A stretch of DNA of 64,000 nucleotides, taken from Thainema sp. (GTDB lineage: Bacteria; Cyanobacteriota; Cyanobacteriia; Phormidesmidales; Phormidesmidaceae). The translations under genes were made by a program, and so were the position numbers. The first letter of the stretch is position 1. Every line of letters begins with the position of its first letter. Under the pieces are notes generated by a model. The model was not told where the DNA came from. It did no database searches and was given only the letters and a program-made list of their open reading frames with translations. The stretch is from assembly GCA_052168235.1 (NCBI GenBank), contig JBQLZK010000031.1, positions 14,853 through 78,852 on the forward strand, read 5' to 3'. Shown here piece after piece: positions 31,197 through 40,983 of this stretch.

Positions 31197-32531
31197 ATGA
31201 ATCTGCCTATATCTTCTGCTTCAACCCATGACATTTTGATTGTGGATGACACGATTAATAACGTTAAACTGCTGTCGGATATGCTGTCTCAAGCGGGATT
31301 CTCCGTTCGCAAAGCCATTAGTGGCTCAATGGCATTAATGGCGGTGCAGGCCAATAAGCCGGATTTAGTCCTGCTGGACATCAATATGCCAGAAATGAAT
31401 GGCTATGAAGTGTGTCGGCGATTGAAACAAAGTTCTGAAACGCACGAAATTCCTGTAGTTTTTCTCAGCGCTTCGGACATGACAGCGGATAAAGTCAAAG
31501 CCTTTGATACGGGTGGAGCCGATTACATTACCAAACCCTTTCACTCTGAAGAAGTGATTGCTCGTATTCGAAGGCAGCTTTTGTTGAGCCGACTCAAACT
31601 AGAACTCAAAGCCAAAAATCAAGAACTGGAGTTTGCATTAACTCAACTCCAAAAAACCCAAGTTGAACTGGTGCAAAAGCAAAAGATGCTGGGTTTAAGT
31701 CAGCTAATTGCAGGCATTTCTCATGAATTTAATAATCCACTCAGCTTTATTGTCGGCAATCTAAAGCCAGCCCAGCAATATTTTTCTGATCTGGCGTATG
31801 TTCTTAGTCTGTATCGTCAGCGCTATCCCCAACCCGGAACTGAAATTGAGGCTGCGATCGCAGATTTAGAACTGGATTTCATCACGGCTGATTTTGCCAA
31901 TGCGGTGCAGTCGATAAAAGCTGGCACCAGCCGGATTCGCGATATTGTGCAAGCCCTACAGGTCTTCTCTCTCCAGGGAGAATCGGCCCTCAAAACCATT
32001 CAACTGCACGCGACGCTGGATAGTCTGTTGGTGCTGCTGAGATCGCGCCTGCGAGATCAAGAGCCTCGACCCAGCATTCACGTTCGCTGTGACTACGACA
32101 GCAATCTGCCCACCGTCACCTGCGACGCGGGCCTGATCAGCCAAGCGCTTCTACATCTGCTGGATAACGCCATTGATGCCATTGATGCCCACTGGGTCAA
32201 GTTGCCAGCGTCTACCAGGGAAGCCACAGAAACGGAGTCTGCCGCAAGCCTAACGCCGGAGATTGTGATTACAACATCCGTTCCCAATCCAGGCTGGGTT
32301 GCGATCGCAATTCAAGACAACGGTATTGGCGTTGCCGAAGACATTCAGGCTCGCATCTACGATCCATTTTTCACCACGAAGGCAATTGGCAAAGGCAACG
32401 GCCTGGGTTTATCAATGAGCTACCAAATCATTGTGAATCAGCATGGCGGACACCTAACCTTTACCTCCACCCCAGGAGCAGGCAGCACGTTTACGTTACA
32501 GATTCCGACTGAAAAATGTGCCGGAAAATAG
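31197..32531 (+). CDS. REC-histidine kinase (response-regulator/kinase hybrid)
   Basis: N-terminal REC (LLDINMP); GISHEFNNP; DNGIG; YDPFFTTK. Confidence 0.92.
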   Translation: MNLPISSASTHDILIVDDTINNVKLLSDMLSQAGFSVRKAISGSMALMAVQANKPDLVLLDINMPEMNGYEVCRRLKQSSETHEIPVVFLSASDMTADKVKAFDTGGADYITKPFHSEEVIARIRRQLLLSRLKLELKAKNQELEFALTQLQKTQVELVQKQKMLGLSQLIAGISHEFNNPLSFIVGNLKPAQQYFSDLAYVLSLYRQRYPQPGTEIEAAIADLELDFITADFANAVQSIKAGTSRIRDIVQALQVFSLQGESALKTIQLHATLDSLLVLLRSRLRDQEPRPSIHVRCDYDSNLPTVTCDAGLISQALLHLLDNAIDAIDAHWVKLPASTREATETESAASLTPEIVITTSVPNPGWVAIAIQDNGIGVAEDIQARIYDPFFTTKAIGKGNGLGLSMSYQIIVNQHGGHLTFTSTPGAGSTFTLQIPTEKCAGK

Positions 32532-32592
32532 CGCTGCTAGAATACGGTTAAAGCCAAGCTACTGCTCGTTGATCCGCTCGTTTTTACCTGCC

Positions 32593-33258
32593 ATGACGAC
32601 CGAGCCACTCGTCAAACTTCCCCCGCTCGAAAGCGGCGATCGCCTGACCCGCGCTGAATTTGAGCGCCGCTATGCGGCCATGCCCAACCTAAAAAAAGCG
32701 GAACTGATTGAAGGAGTCGTCTACGTGGCATCCCCTCTACGTGCTCTCGCTCATGGCAAACCCCATGCTGATGTAATGGCTTGGTTGGGAGTTTATAGTG
32801 CTGCAACACCGGGAATAGGAGCTTACGATACTCCTACCGTTCGCTTAGATGCCGATAACGAACCACAGCCGGATGCGGTATTGCGGTTTGAGCAGGAAGG
32901 ACAGTCCGCGATTAGTGAAGATGACTATATCGAAGGCGCACCGGAGCTGATTGTGGAGATTGCGGCCAGTAGTGCGTCGTATGACCTGCATGATAAGCTG
33001 CACGTCTACCGCCGCAATGGCGTGCAGGAGTACATTGTCTGGCGCACCTATAGTCAGCAGATTGACTGGTTTTATTTGGCAGATGGCACCTATCAAACGC
33101 TGGCGCTGGATGCCGATGGCGTATATCGCAGTCGTCAATTTCCGGGACTATGGCTAGCCTGCGATCGCATCTTGGCGGGTGATTTAGCGGCTGTCCTGGC
33201 GGCCCTCCAACAGGGACTAGCGACGGCTGAACATCAGGCTTTTGTAAATCAGCATTAA
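32593..33258 (+). CDS. Uma2-family endonuclease-fold protein
   Basis: LESGDRLTRAEFERRY, EPQPDA, GAPELIVEIA, YRRNGVQEY; likely ATG at 32593. Confidence 0.92.
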   Translation: MTTEPLVKLPPLESGDRLTRAEFERRYAAMPNLKKAELIEGVVYVASPLRALAHGKPHADVMAWLGVYSAATPGIGAYDTPTVRLDADNEPQPDAVLRFEQEGQSAISEDDYIEGAPELIVEIAASSASYDLHDKLHVYRRNGVQEYIVWRTYSQQIDWFYLADGTYQTLALDADGVYRSRQFPGLWLACDRILAGDLAAVLAALQQGLATAEHQAFVNQH

Positions 33259-33376
33259 TCACTCAGCCAATTTCGTTCACCAATTCCAAAGGATTTGTAA
33301 GTTTCCCAGCCCAGTGTAAACGGCTCGCCTAAGATAGCCATATCTTTCACCTAACGCACTTTAAAGCGCATCTAAA

Positions 33377-34354
33377 ATGGCTCAAGCACTGCGTCCACTG
33401 GCACTAAATTCGGGAAACGTGGTCAGTGTGGGGTTGAAGCTCTATCGCTCTCAGCTTAAGGTCTATAGCAAAATTGCGCTGATATCGACGCTTTGGTATA
33501 TGCTGCCGCTGCTACTACTGGGAGTACTAACCGCGATCGCAATCTTCATTCAGACCAATGCTACGAATAATGGTGCGAACCCAGCTACCTTTATCGGGAT
33601 TTACTCGCTGATTGCCTTGAGTTCAGTCGTATTTGGCATTTTATGCTGGGCGCGAGCCATGTTCAACCTGTCGCTCATTTCGCGTTTGGCCTTTATGGAA
33701 CTGATGCAGCAGCCCGAAAGTGTTCAATATGCCCGCCAGCGTCTCAAGCCGAAGCTGTGGAGCATTTTTGTGGTTCACATTCTGACGTTCTTCGTTTTGT
33801 CAGCCATTCAAACAGCGGTGGCAATTGTCCTTACCCCTGTCCTAGCTGCCATTTCGGTCATTGCCATTGCCATTCCTTGGCTCGGTATTTTTGTGTTGAT
33901 TGTCGGTCAGTTCATGCCGCTACTGGCCTACTTAGTGGGGTATGCCTGCTTCTTTATTCCTGAAGTTCCGATCGCAGTTGAATCCAGTACGAATCCGGGA
34001 CAGTCTGTTATTCGAAGTGGACAGCTCTCCTTTCGCTCCTTTATCCACGTCACGCTGGTAATTGGCATCCTAGCCATGATTTCGCTGCCGTTCTACGGCT
34101 TAGCGCTGACGCTACCAACCATCCTGTTAACGATTATTAGTAATCAAATGGCCGGATTCGAGCCAGGAGTGGCGACCCCACCCATGTATCGAGAGCTGCT
34201 GCTGATTGTCGGATTAGGGGGTTTGCTGTTCCTGTTGGTTAACCTGGTGTTGATGCCACTGTGGCAGACGGTTAAGGCAGTGCTATATTATGACCTTCGC
34301 AGTCGCCATGAAGGGTTTGACCTGAGCTTACGAGAAACTCAACCGACAGCTTAA
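33377..34354 (+). CDS. Multi-pass membrane protein (DUF975/GDPD membrane-domain-like)
   Basis: LRPL..GNVVS N-terminus, several TMs, YYDLRSRHEGFDL C-terminus. Confidence 0.8.
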   Translation: MAQALRPLALNSGNVVSVGLKLYRSQLKVYSKIALISTLWYMLPLLLLGVLTAIAIFIQTNATNNGANPATFIGIYSLIALSSVVFGILCWARAMFNLSLISRLAFMELMQQPESVQYARQRLKPKLWSIFVVHILTFFVLSAIQTAVAIVLTPVLAAISVIAIAIPWLGIFVLIVGQFMPLLAYLVGYACFFIPEVPIAVESSTNPGQSVIRSGQLSFRSFIHVTLVIGILAMISLPFYGLALTLPTILLTIISNQMAGFEPGVATPPMYRELLLIVGLGGLLFLLVNLVLMPLWQTVKAVLYYDLRSRHEGFDLSLRETQPTA

Positions 34355-34368
34355 GTTAAAGATAAAAA

Positions 34369-34470
34369 TATAGCTGTCGTCATGTTAATTAAGACCAGAA
34401 TTCAACGTTCAAGCGTTCGAACGGTTTTCAGAGTCTCCCAATGTCTAAATCAACGCGACTCTAAATATAT
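34369..34470. mobile_element. Degenerate MITE-like element, family B
   Basis: Left end TATAGCTGTCGTCA...TTAAGAC resembles the 6241 and 52814 copies; right end degenerate. Confidence 0.4.
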
Positions 34471-34530
34471 ACAAGCATGTATAAAATCAGCACACTGAAA
34501 ACTGCTCTAAGCCCCTAAGAGGTTGCTCGC

Positions 34531-35325
34531 ATGGATCGCTTTTTTAACCAGATTAAAATTCGCACTCCCGAAAGTGTTGAACTGGAGTTTACGCTGGCGG
34601 GCATTGGCAACCGGGCACTGGCGCTGCTGATTGACTACACGGTGCTGGGAGCTGCGATCGCAATTCTGGTTCTTCTAGCCTCACTGATTGCAGAGCAGCT
34701 AACTGATTTGGCGACGCTGCTGGGGGGTGGAACCGAGGCAATTGAACTGTGGTTGGCGGCAATTCTACTGCTGGTTTTATTTGCCGTTTTTGTCTGCTAC
34801 TTTGTCTTTTTCGAGGTGACCTGGCAGGGGCAAAGTCCGGGGAAGCGGTTTGCCAAAATTCGGGTGATTCAAGAAAATGGTCGTCCGCCGGGACTGTTTC
34901 AGGCCACATTGCGATCGCTGTTGCGTCCGGTCGATGACATTTTGTTTCTGGGCTTCTTTTTGATTGTGTTGACCAAGCGGGAAAAGCGATTGGGAGATTG
35001 GCTGGCGGGCACACTGGTAGTGCAGAATGAGCAAACAGCCAGTACAAAGGGGCTACAGACTTCGACTGCGGCGGATCAAATTGCTCGTCAGCTTTTGGAA
35101 CTGGCGGATTTATCTCAGTTAACGCCTGATGATTTCTTGATCATTCGGGCCTATCTGGCGCGGCGGACTCAGCTCAATAAAAATGCAAAGTCGCAGATTA
35201 GCCTCCAGCTCGCTCGCCAAGCCAAACAAATCATTCAGCTTGAAACATTGCCTGCCGATATGTCTCCCGATGTTTTTCTAGAAGCGGTTTATTTAGGCTA
35301 TCAGCAGCAAACGGAACAGCGATAG
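34531..35325 (+). CDS. RDD-family membrane protein
   Basis: TPESVELEF.LAGIGNRALALLID, GQSPGKR, KRLGDWLAGT. Confidence 0.92.
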   Translation: MDRFFNQIKIRTPESVELEFTLAGIGNRALALLIDYTVLGAAIAILVLLASLIAEQLTDLATLLGGGTEAIELWLAAILLLVLFAVFVCYFVFFEVTWQGQSPGKRFAKIRVIQENGRPPGLFQATLRSLLRPVDDILFLGFFLIVLTKREKRLGDWLAGTLVVQNEQTASTKGLQTSTAADQIARQLLELADLSQLTPDDFLIIRAYLARRTQLNKNAKSQISLQLARQAKQIIQLETLPADMSPDVFLEAVYLGYQQQTEQR

Positions 35326-35516
35326 GGTTTAAGTCAGAAAGGGATGATGGGTATGGTGTTGGCGCGGCCTAACACCATACCCATCTGACATGTATACCAC
35401 TACTGCGGTTTATTACAACTTGTGCCCTCTGCCGCTTTTCGGGGTCAGAGTTTTTTACTATAGAGGTATAAAACTCATGTTTTGTCCCTCATTTGTCCCT
35501 TACAGACCTGAAACTA

Positions 35517-35623
35517 CTAGTCTGTCAAAGTTAAAGATGAGGGGTAGAAGAATTTTGAAAATATTGCTAAGCAATATTTTCAAAATTCTTCTACCCCTCA
35601 AAACACACTTGACAAAGCACTAG
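35517..35623. mobile_element. CTAG-bounded MITE-like element with perfect 63-bp palindrome
   Basis: Ends CTAGTCTGTCAA / TTGACAAAGCACTAG; 31-bp perfect arms at 35538-35568 and 35570-35600. Confidence 0.75.
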
Positions 35624-35710
35624 AAGAGATTACAGGTCGTCACAAAAGGTACAGAATGTGAGTGCATAGCCTTCTAGATATCAACCTGACTCTCTACAGC
35701 GGGAGGAGGC

Positions 35711-36322
35711 GTGGCGATGACTGCAACCCATCATCAGCTAGTGTCACTGGATCTGCGGCGGCCTATTTGGGATCGCTTTTTTACGATTGCCCCACTGGTA
35801 GTTGTTGGAACACGAGAAGCCAACGGTGAATACGACTTGGCTCCCAAGCATCGCGTGATGCCACTGGGTGACAACAATTATCTAGGATTTGTTTGCACGC
35901 CTCGCCATCATACGTATCAAAATATTGTGCGATCGCAGGAATTCACCGTTAGTTTTTTGCATCCCGACCAAATTTTGTCGGCCAGTTTGGCTGCTACTCC
36001 AAGAGATGCAGCCGATCAGAAACCAGCATTGGCAAACTTGCCCACTCAGCCCGCTACGGTGATCGATGGGCGACTACTCACAGATGCCGCATTGTGTTTA
36101 GAGTGTCGGCTTTTCAAAATTGTCGATGACTTTGGTCAAAACAGCCTGATTACTGGAGAGATTATCGCTGCTCAGGTTGATGAAGCCTCTCTGCGCGGCA
36201 GTGATGAGGACGATCAGGACGTGCTGTTGCGATCGCCACTGCTCGTTTATGTGGCACCCGGACGCTACGCCCAAATTGATACGAGTTATTCCTTTCCATT
36301 TCATGTTGGTTTTCACCCATGA
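35711..36322 (+). CDS. Flavin reductase-like FMN-binding protein
   Basis: PLVVVGT, DLAPK, HHTYQNIVRSQEFTVSF, LECRL; GGAGG RBS. Confidence 0.82.
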   Translation: MAMTATHHQLVSLDLRRPIWDRFFTIAPLVVVGTREANGEYDLAPKHRVMPLGDNNYLGFVCTPRHHTYQNIVRSQEFTVSFLHPDQILSASLAATPRDAADQKPALANLPTQPATVIDGRLLTDAALCLECRLFKIVDDFGQNSLITGEIIAAQVDEASLRGSDEDDQDVLLRSPLLVYVAPGRYAQIDTSYSFPFHVGFHP

Positions 36323-37560
36323 CTGCGGCTCAAAGTCCCACTCAAACAGGGCAGATGCTTTTAGACTACTTTTACCAGCACCGTGAGGAAATGATCGAAA
36401 CGGTGCAGCAGCTAGTTGGCATCGAATCTCCTTCAACCGTTCCAGTCGCTCAACACCCGCTACTCAGCGCGTTGCAGACTGCATTTGAACGGCGAGGATT
36501 GCGGACACGACGATTGGCAGGACAGCGCACGGGGGGACATCTCTTGGCGGTTTTGCCAACTCAGTCTGCTCATCAATCCGCTCATCAACCTGCTAACCAA
36601 CCTGTCAATCTACCCCGACAGCTACTGCTAGGCCACTGCGATACGGTTTGGCCACTAGAAACGCTAACGACGACTATGCCGCTACGGCGACAGCAAGGCA
36701 AGCTCTATGGTCCGGGTGTGTATGACATGAAGGCGGGTATTGTGATGATGATATTTGCTCTAGAAGCACTGCAGGCATTGGAATTGCAGCCCACCGTTCT
36801 ACCCTTAGTGCTGATTAATTCTGATGAAGAAATTGGCAGCTTTGAGTCTACGCGGCACGTGAAACGATTAGCTCAAATCTGCGATCGCACGTTTGTGTTA
36901 GAACCATCACTGGGCCACAGTGGACAGCTCAAAACCGCTCGCAAAGGCATTGGCAACTTTACCGTCGAAGTGCGGGGTCGTGCCGCTCATGCTGGCCTAG
37001 ATCCAGACAAGGGCGTGAGCGCTATTTTAGAACTCTCGTTTGTCATTCAAAAGCTATTTGAACTCAATGATCCAACCGCTGGTATCACAGTCAATGTTGG
37101 CACCATTGATGGTGGTTTGCGCTCCAATGTGATCGCCCCTTCTAGCCGAGCCGAAGTTGATGTACGCGTGCTGCATCAGTCTGACATTGAGCGCGTGGAG
37201 CAGGCAATTCTCAACTTGGAACCGACAACACCAGGCACCGAACTGATCATCACGGGCCAGATCGGTCGTCCCCCTCTAGAACGGACTTCCCGCAATCAGC
37301 AGCTTTGGCAGCTCGCTCAGCAGATGGCCACCGAGTTGGGCTTCCCGCTGGAACAAGGTACCGCTGGCGGCGGCTCAGATGGTAATACCACCAGTCTCTA
37401 CACTGCTACCTTAGATGGCATGGGAGCTGTTGGCGATGGTGCCCACGCGCCTCACGAGTTTATCTATATTGACCCGCTGATCGAACGTACGGCTTTACTG
37501 ACCCAGCTTTTACTCGCTCCAACGCTATCTTCCACATCCGTCGAATCCCCACTCAATTGA
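36319..37560 (+). CDS. M20 metallopeptidase (glutamate carboxypeptidase-like)
   Basis: GHCDTV, GPGVYDMKAG, SDEEIGS, GRAAHAG, GGGSDGN, GAHAPHE; ATGA overlap with upstream gene. Confidence 0.92.
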   Translation: MTAAQSPTQTGQMLLDYFYQHREEMIETVQQLVGIESPSTVPVAQHPLLSALQTAFERRGLRTRRLAGQRTGGHLLAVLPTQSAHQSAHQPANQPVNLPRQLLLGHCDTVWPLETLTTTMPLRRQQGKLYGPGVYDMKAGIVMMIFALEALQALELQPTVLPLVLINSDEEIGSFESTRHVKRLAQICDRTFVLEPSLGHSGQLKTARKGIGNFTVEVRGRAAHAGLDPDKGVSAILELSFVIQKLFELNDPTAGITVNVGTIDGGLRSNVIAPSSRAEVDVRVLHQSDIERVEQAILNLEPTTPGTELIITGQIGRPPLERTSRNQQLWQLAQQMATELGFPLEQGTAGGGSDGNTTSLYTATLDGMGAVGDGAHAPHEFIYIDPLIERTALLTQLLLAPTLSSTSVESPLN

Positions 37561-37589
37561 CCCGATAGGAGACGACTTAGGAGGCGACT

Positions 37590-38609
37590 ATGGCCAATCG
37601 GTATGTGTTTGGCTCCCTCACGCGGATCAGCAATTTAGCGATCGCACCGTTTGCTATGCAGCCATTACCTAGAGAGCAGTGGGCAACGGGTGATTATGTC
37701 GTGGGTAAAGTCCTTGATGCTCAGCGTCGCACTGACGTAACAGAGTTAACCTGTGGGCGGATGGCGCGGTTGATGCAGGGAGACTTGATCGTCGGGGCAT
37801 TTGGTGTACGCCGAGCCACCCTAGAAGCCGTGGGAGATTGGCAATCCATTCAAGGCGATGGCCAGATGGAAGACATGACTAATGCAGGATTCTTTGGTCG
37901 GATCACATCTCAATCGCTGCTGATCCCGCCGCCGCCCAAGCTGAGATATGTTGGTCACGTTCTGCGCAACGGTCAGAAAGTTTGTATGACCGACTTTGTT
38001 CAGTCAGTAGAGCCACGGCCTTATACCTGTCCCACTATTATGATTATTGGCACCTCCATGTCAGCGGGCAAAACGACGGCAGCACGGGTAATCATCCACT
38101 TATTAAAGCAGATGGGACTCCGTGTTATTGGCACTAAACTCACCGGAGCAGGTCGCTATCGGGATATTTTGTCGATGCAGGATGCTGGAGCCGATGCCGT
38201 TTTTGATTTTGTGGACGTGGGATTGCCGTCATCCGTCACGCCACCCGAAGAATTTCGGCAGTCGCTGCGACAGCTTTTATCTATGATTGTGACCGCAGCA
38301 CCGGATGTGGTAGTCGCTGAGGCGGGTGCTTCTCCCTTTGAACCCTACAATGGCGCGGTTGTGCTCGACGAGATTGCCAATCAAATTTGCTTTACCGTTC
38401 TGTGTTCCTCCGATCCCTATGCGGTGATAGGCGTCAGCCAGAGTTTTGGCCTCAAGCCGGATCTGATTAGCGGCATTACGACCAACACGACCGCTGGCAT
38501 TGAATTGGTCGAAAAGTTAGCCCACGTGCCAGCCCTGAGCCTGACGACTGAAGAATCAGTCAGCAAACTGCGATCGCAACTCCAGATGACGCTGACCAAC
38601 GTATTCTGA
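37590..38609 (+). CDS. DUF1611-like P-loop protein
   Basis: Walker A-like GTSMSAGKTT; KLTGAGRYRD; DFVDVGLPS; AGGAGG RBS. Confidence 0.7.
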   Translation: MANRYVFGSLTRISNLAIAPFAMQPLPREQWATGDYVVGKVLDAQRRTDVTELTCGRMARLMQGDLIVGAFGVRRATLEAVGDWQSIQGDGQMEDMTNAGFFGRITSQSLLIPPPPKLRYVGHVLRNGQKVCMTDFVQSVEPRPYTCPTIMIIGTSMSAGKTTAARVIIHLLKQMGLRVIGTKLTGAGRYRDILSMQDAGADAVFDFVDVGLPSSVTPPEEFRQSLRQLLSMIVTAAPDVVVAEAGASPFEPYNGAVVLDEIANQICFTVLCSSDPYAVIGVSQSFGLKPDLISGITTNTTAGIELVEKLAHVPALSLTTEESVSKLRSQLQMTLTNVF

Positions 38610-38704
38610 CTATGGCGGCCATAATCGAGTCATCTCAGGCAACCTTCAGCTAAACGCGGCATGATATAAAGCGATAGACCTTATATCGCTAGAGACTCAA
38701 TCCT

Positions 38705-39676
38705 GTGAAAGTTGCCTTTATCATTGACCCCATCCAGCGACTTGATCCGGGACACGACACCAGCGTGGCCCTGATGGAAGCTGCACAAGCCCTGGGGTAC
38801 GACGTTTGGATTACCGAAGCGCATCTGCTGAGTATTGCCAATGGACAGGCCATTGCCGAATTGCAGCCTGTCAAGCTGAAGCCTGTTCAACCAGGCGACA
38901 ATCGCTGGATCGCTGCCCCGGACTGGTTTAGCGTCGGCGAATATGTCCTCATGCCGCTGGACGAAATGGATGCGGTGTTCATGCGGATTGATCCGCCCGT
39001 GACGATTTCTTATCTCTACGCAACTTATATTCTGGACGCCATTGACCCAACCCAGACGCTGGTGATTAATTCACCGCACGGACTGCGCACGGCAAATGAA
39101 AAAATGTATGCCCTGCATTTCAGCGATGTGATGCCCAAAACCATCGTCAGTCGGGATAAGCGAGTGATTCTCGATTTTGTGGAGCAGCAGGGACGAGCCG
39201 TACTCAAACCGCTCGGCGGCAAAGCGGGCGAAGGCATTTTGTTCTTGGAAGCGGGCGATCGCAACTTTAACTCGCTGATTGAAATCAGCACCGGACAGGG
39301 CAAAATCCCCGTCATGATTCAGGATTATTTGCCAGAAGCGAAAGACGGTGACAAGCGCATTATCGTCTTAGACGGTGAACCAATTGGGGCAGTGAATCGC
39401 GTCCCTACGGGCAAAGAATTTCGTGGCAATATGGCCGTGGGCGGACGAGTAGAAGCCGCAGAAGTAACGAAACGCGATCGCGAAATTTGCGCGCGATTGG
39501 CTGATTCACTGCGTAAAGATGGATTGTACTTTGTAGGTTTGGACGTGATTGGGGGATACCTAACAGAAGTAAACGTCACCAGCCCTACAGGGGTGCGCGA
39601 AATTGATCGACTCGATAATGTCCGACTAGGTCAGCAAGTCATGGAGTGGCTGGCTCAAAAACGGGCAAACGTCTAA
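38705..39676 (+). CDS. gshB: Glutathione synthetase
   Basis: DTSVALM, FMRIDPP, ANEK, KPLGGKAGEG, GDKRI, RGNMAVGG, EVNVTSPTG. Confidence 0.97.
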   Translation: MKVAFIIDPIQRLDPGHDTSVALMEAAQALGYDVWITEAHLLSIANGQAIAELQPVKLKPVQPGDNRWIAAPDWFSVGEYVLMPLDEMDAVFMRIDPPVTISYLYATYILDAIDPTQTLVINSPHGLRTANEKMYALHFSDVMPKTIVSRDKRVILDFVEQQGRAVLKPLGGKAGEGILFLEAGDRNFNSLIEISTGQGKIPVMIQDYLPEAKDGDKRIIVLDGEPIGAVNRVPTGKEFRGNMAVGGRVEAAEVTKRDREICARLADSLRKDGLYFVGLDVIGGYLTEVNVTSPTGVREIDRLDNVRLGQQVMEWLAQKRANV

Positions 39677-39683
39677 GCATCTC

Positions 39684-39725
39684 GTATCGAGAAATACACC
39701 TCAACCCGATTAGGTCTCTTAGATT
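39684..39725 (+). promoter_or_regulatory. Canonical NtcA-activated promoter of the ABC transporter operon
   Basis: GTA-TCGAGAAA-TAC at 39684-39697, then 22 nt, then TAGATT (TAN3T). Confidence 0.78.
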
Positions 39726-39825
39726 CAAAAAGGAACAAAGTGCTGATGGAATCAGGAGTGTAGCGGTTTGAGCCAATTTGGGATTACACATTATTGCAAT
39801 TGACGACAACAAGGGAGAATGGATT

Positions 39826-40941
39826 ATGAGTCAGCGCGATCGCAGATGGCAAATCATGAGCAGAATGAACGGCAGCATAGGGCGGCGGCGCTTTATACAA
39901 TACAGTGCTTTAGCCGCTGGCACAGGCATCTTAGCTGCTTGCGCTAGTTCCAATCCAGATCAAGCTGCCGATACGGCTGACGCTGACACCACCACAGCCA
40001 ATTCTGGCAACACCAGCAGCGAATTAACCGCCATCACCTTTGGCACCAACTGGTATGCCCAAGCGGAACACGGTGGGTTTTATCAGGCCGTCGCAACGGG
40101 TATTTATGAAGAATATGGCCTCGATGTCACGATCAAGATGGGGGGTCCCCAGGTCAACGGTACGCAGTTGCTGATGGGTGGAGCCGTCGATTTCTTCATG
40201 GGCTATTCCTCTGACGCCATCAAGGCTGTGGCTGAAGGCATCCCTAAAGTGACTGTGGCAGCCATGTTTCAAAAAGACCCGCAGATCTTAGTGGCTCATC
40301 CCGATACCGCTCAAACCCTGGCCGATCTAAAAGGACGCCCGATTTATATTTCTTCAGCGGCAAATACCACCTACTGGCCCTTCCTCAAAGCCAAGTATGG
40401 CTTCACTGACGACATGAAGCGCCCCTACAACTTCAACATGGGCCCGTTTCTGGCGGATAAACAAGCGGCACAACAGGGATATCTCAGTTCAGAACCCCGT
40501 CTGATCAAAGAGGAAGGAGGCTTTGAACCCGTAGTCTTCCTGCTGGCCGACAACGGCTACGAACCCTATTCCACGACGGTTGAAACCCGGCGAGAAATTG
40601 TCGAAAATGATCCGGATCTGGTGCAGCGATTTGTCGATGCCTCGATCAAAGGCTGGTACAGCTATCTAGAAGATCCGGCTCCAGCCAATGAGCTGATTAA
40701 GCAGGACAATCCGGAAATGACCGACGAACAAATGGCTTACGGCCTAGAAAAAATGAAGGAGTACGGCATCGTCATTTCTGGCGAAGCGGAAACCGATGGC
40801 ATTGGGGCAATGACCGATGCTCGCTGGCAGTCCTTCTTTGCAACCATGTCCGAGGCGGGGGTCTTTGATCCTAGTGTGGACTACACTCAGGCTTACACGC
40901 TGGATTTTGTTAATAAAGGAGTGGAGGCTTATCAGTCTTAG
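39826..40941 (+). CDS. NitT/TauT (NMT1/THI5-like) ABC substrate-binding lipoprotein
   Basis: GRRRFI Tat-like signal, LAAC lipobox, TNWYAQAEHGGFYQA; likely start 39826 or slightly later. Confidence 0.9.
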   Translation: MSQRDRRWQIMSRMNGSIGRRRFIQYSALAAGTGILAACASSNPDQAADTADADTTTANSGNTSSELTAITFGTNWYAQAEHGGFYQAVATGIYEEYGLDVTIKMGGPQVNGTQLLMGGAVDFFMGYSSDAIKAVAEGIPKVTVAAMFQKDPQILVAHPDTAQTLADLKGRPIYISSAANTTYWPFLKAKYGFTDDMKRPYNFNMGPFLADKQAAQQGYLSSEPRLIKEEGGFEPVVFLLADNGYEPYSTTVETRREIVENDPDLVQRFVDASIKGWYSYLEDPAPANELIKQDNPEMTDEQMAYGLEKMKEYGIVISGEAETDGIGAMTDARWQSFFATMSEAGVFDPSVDYTQAYTLDFVNKGVEAYQS

Positions 40942-40983
40942 CCGATTTCGTCGTCAGGATCGTTGTTTTTACCTTTAACCGCC

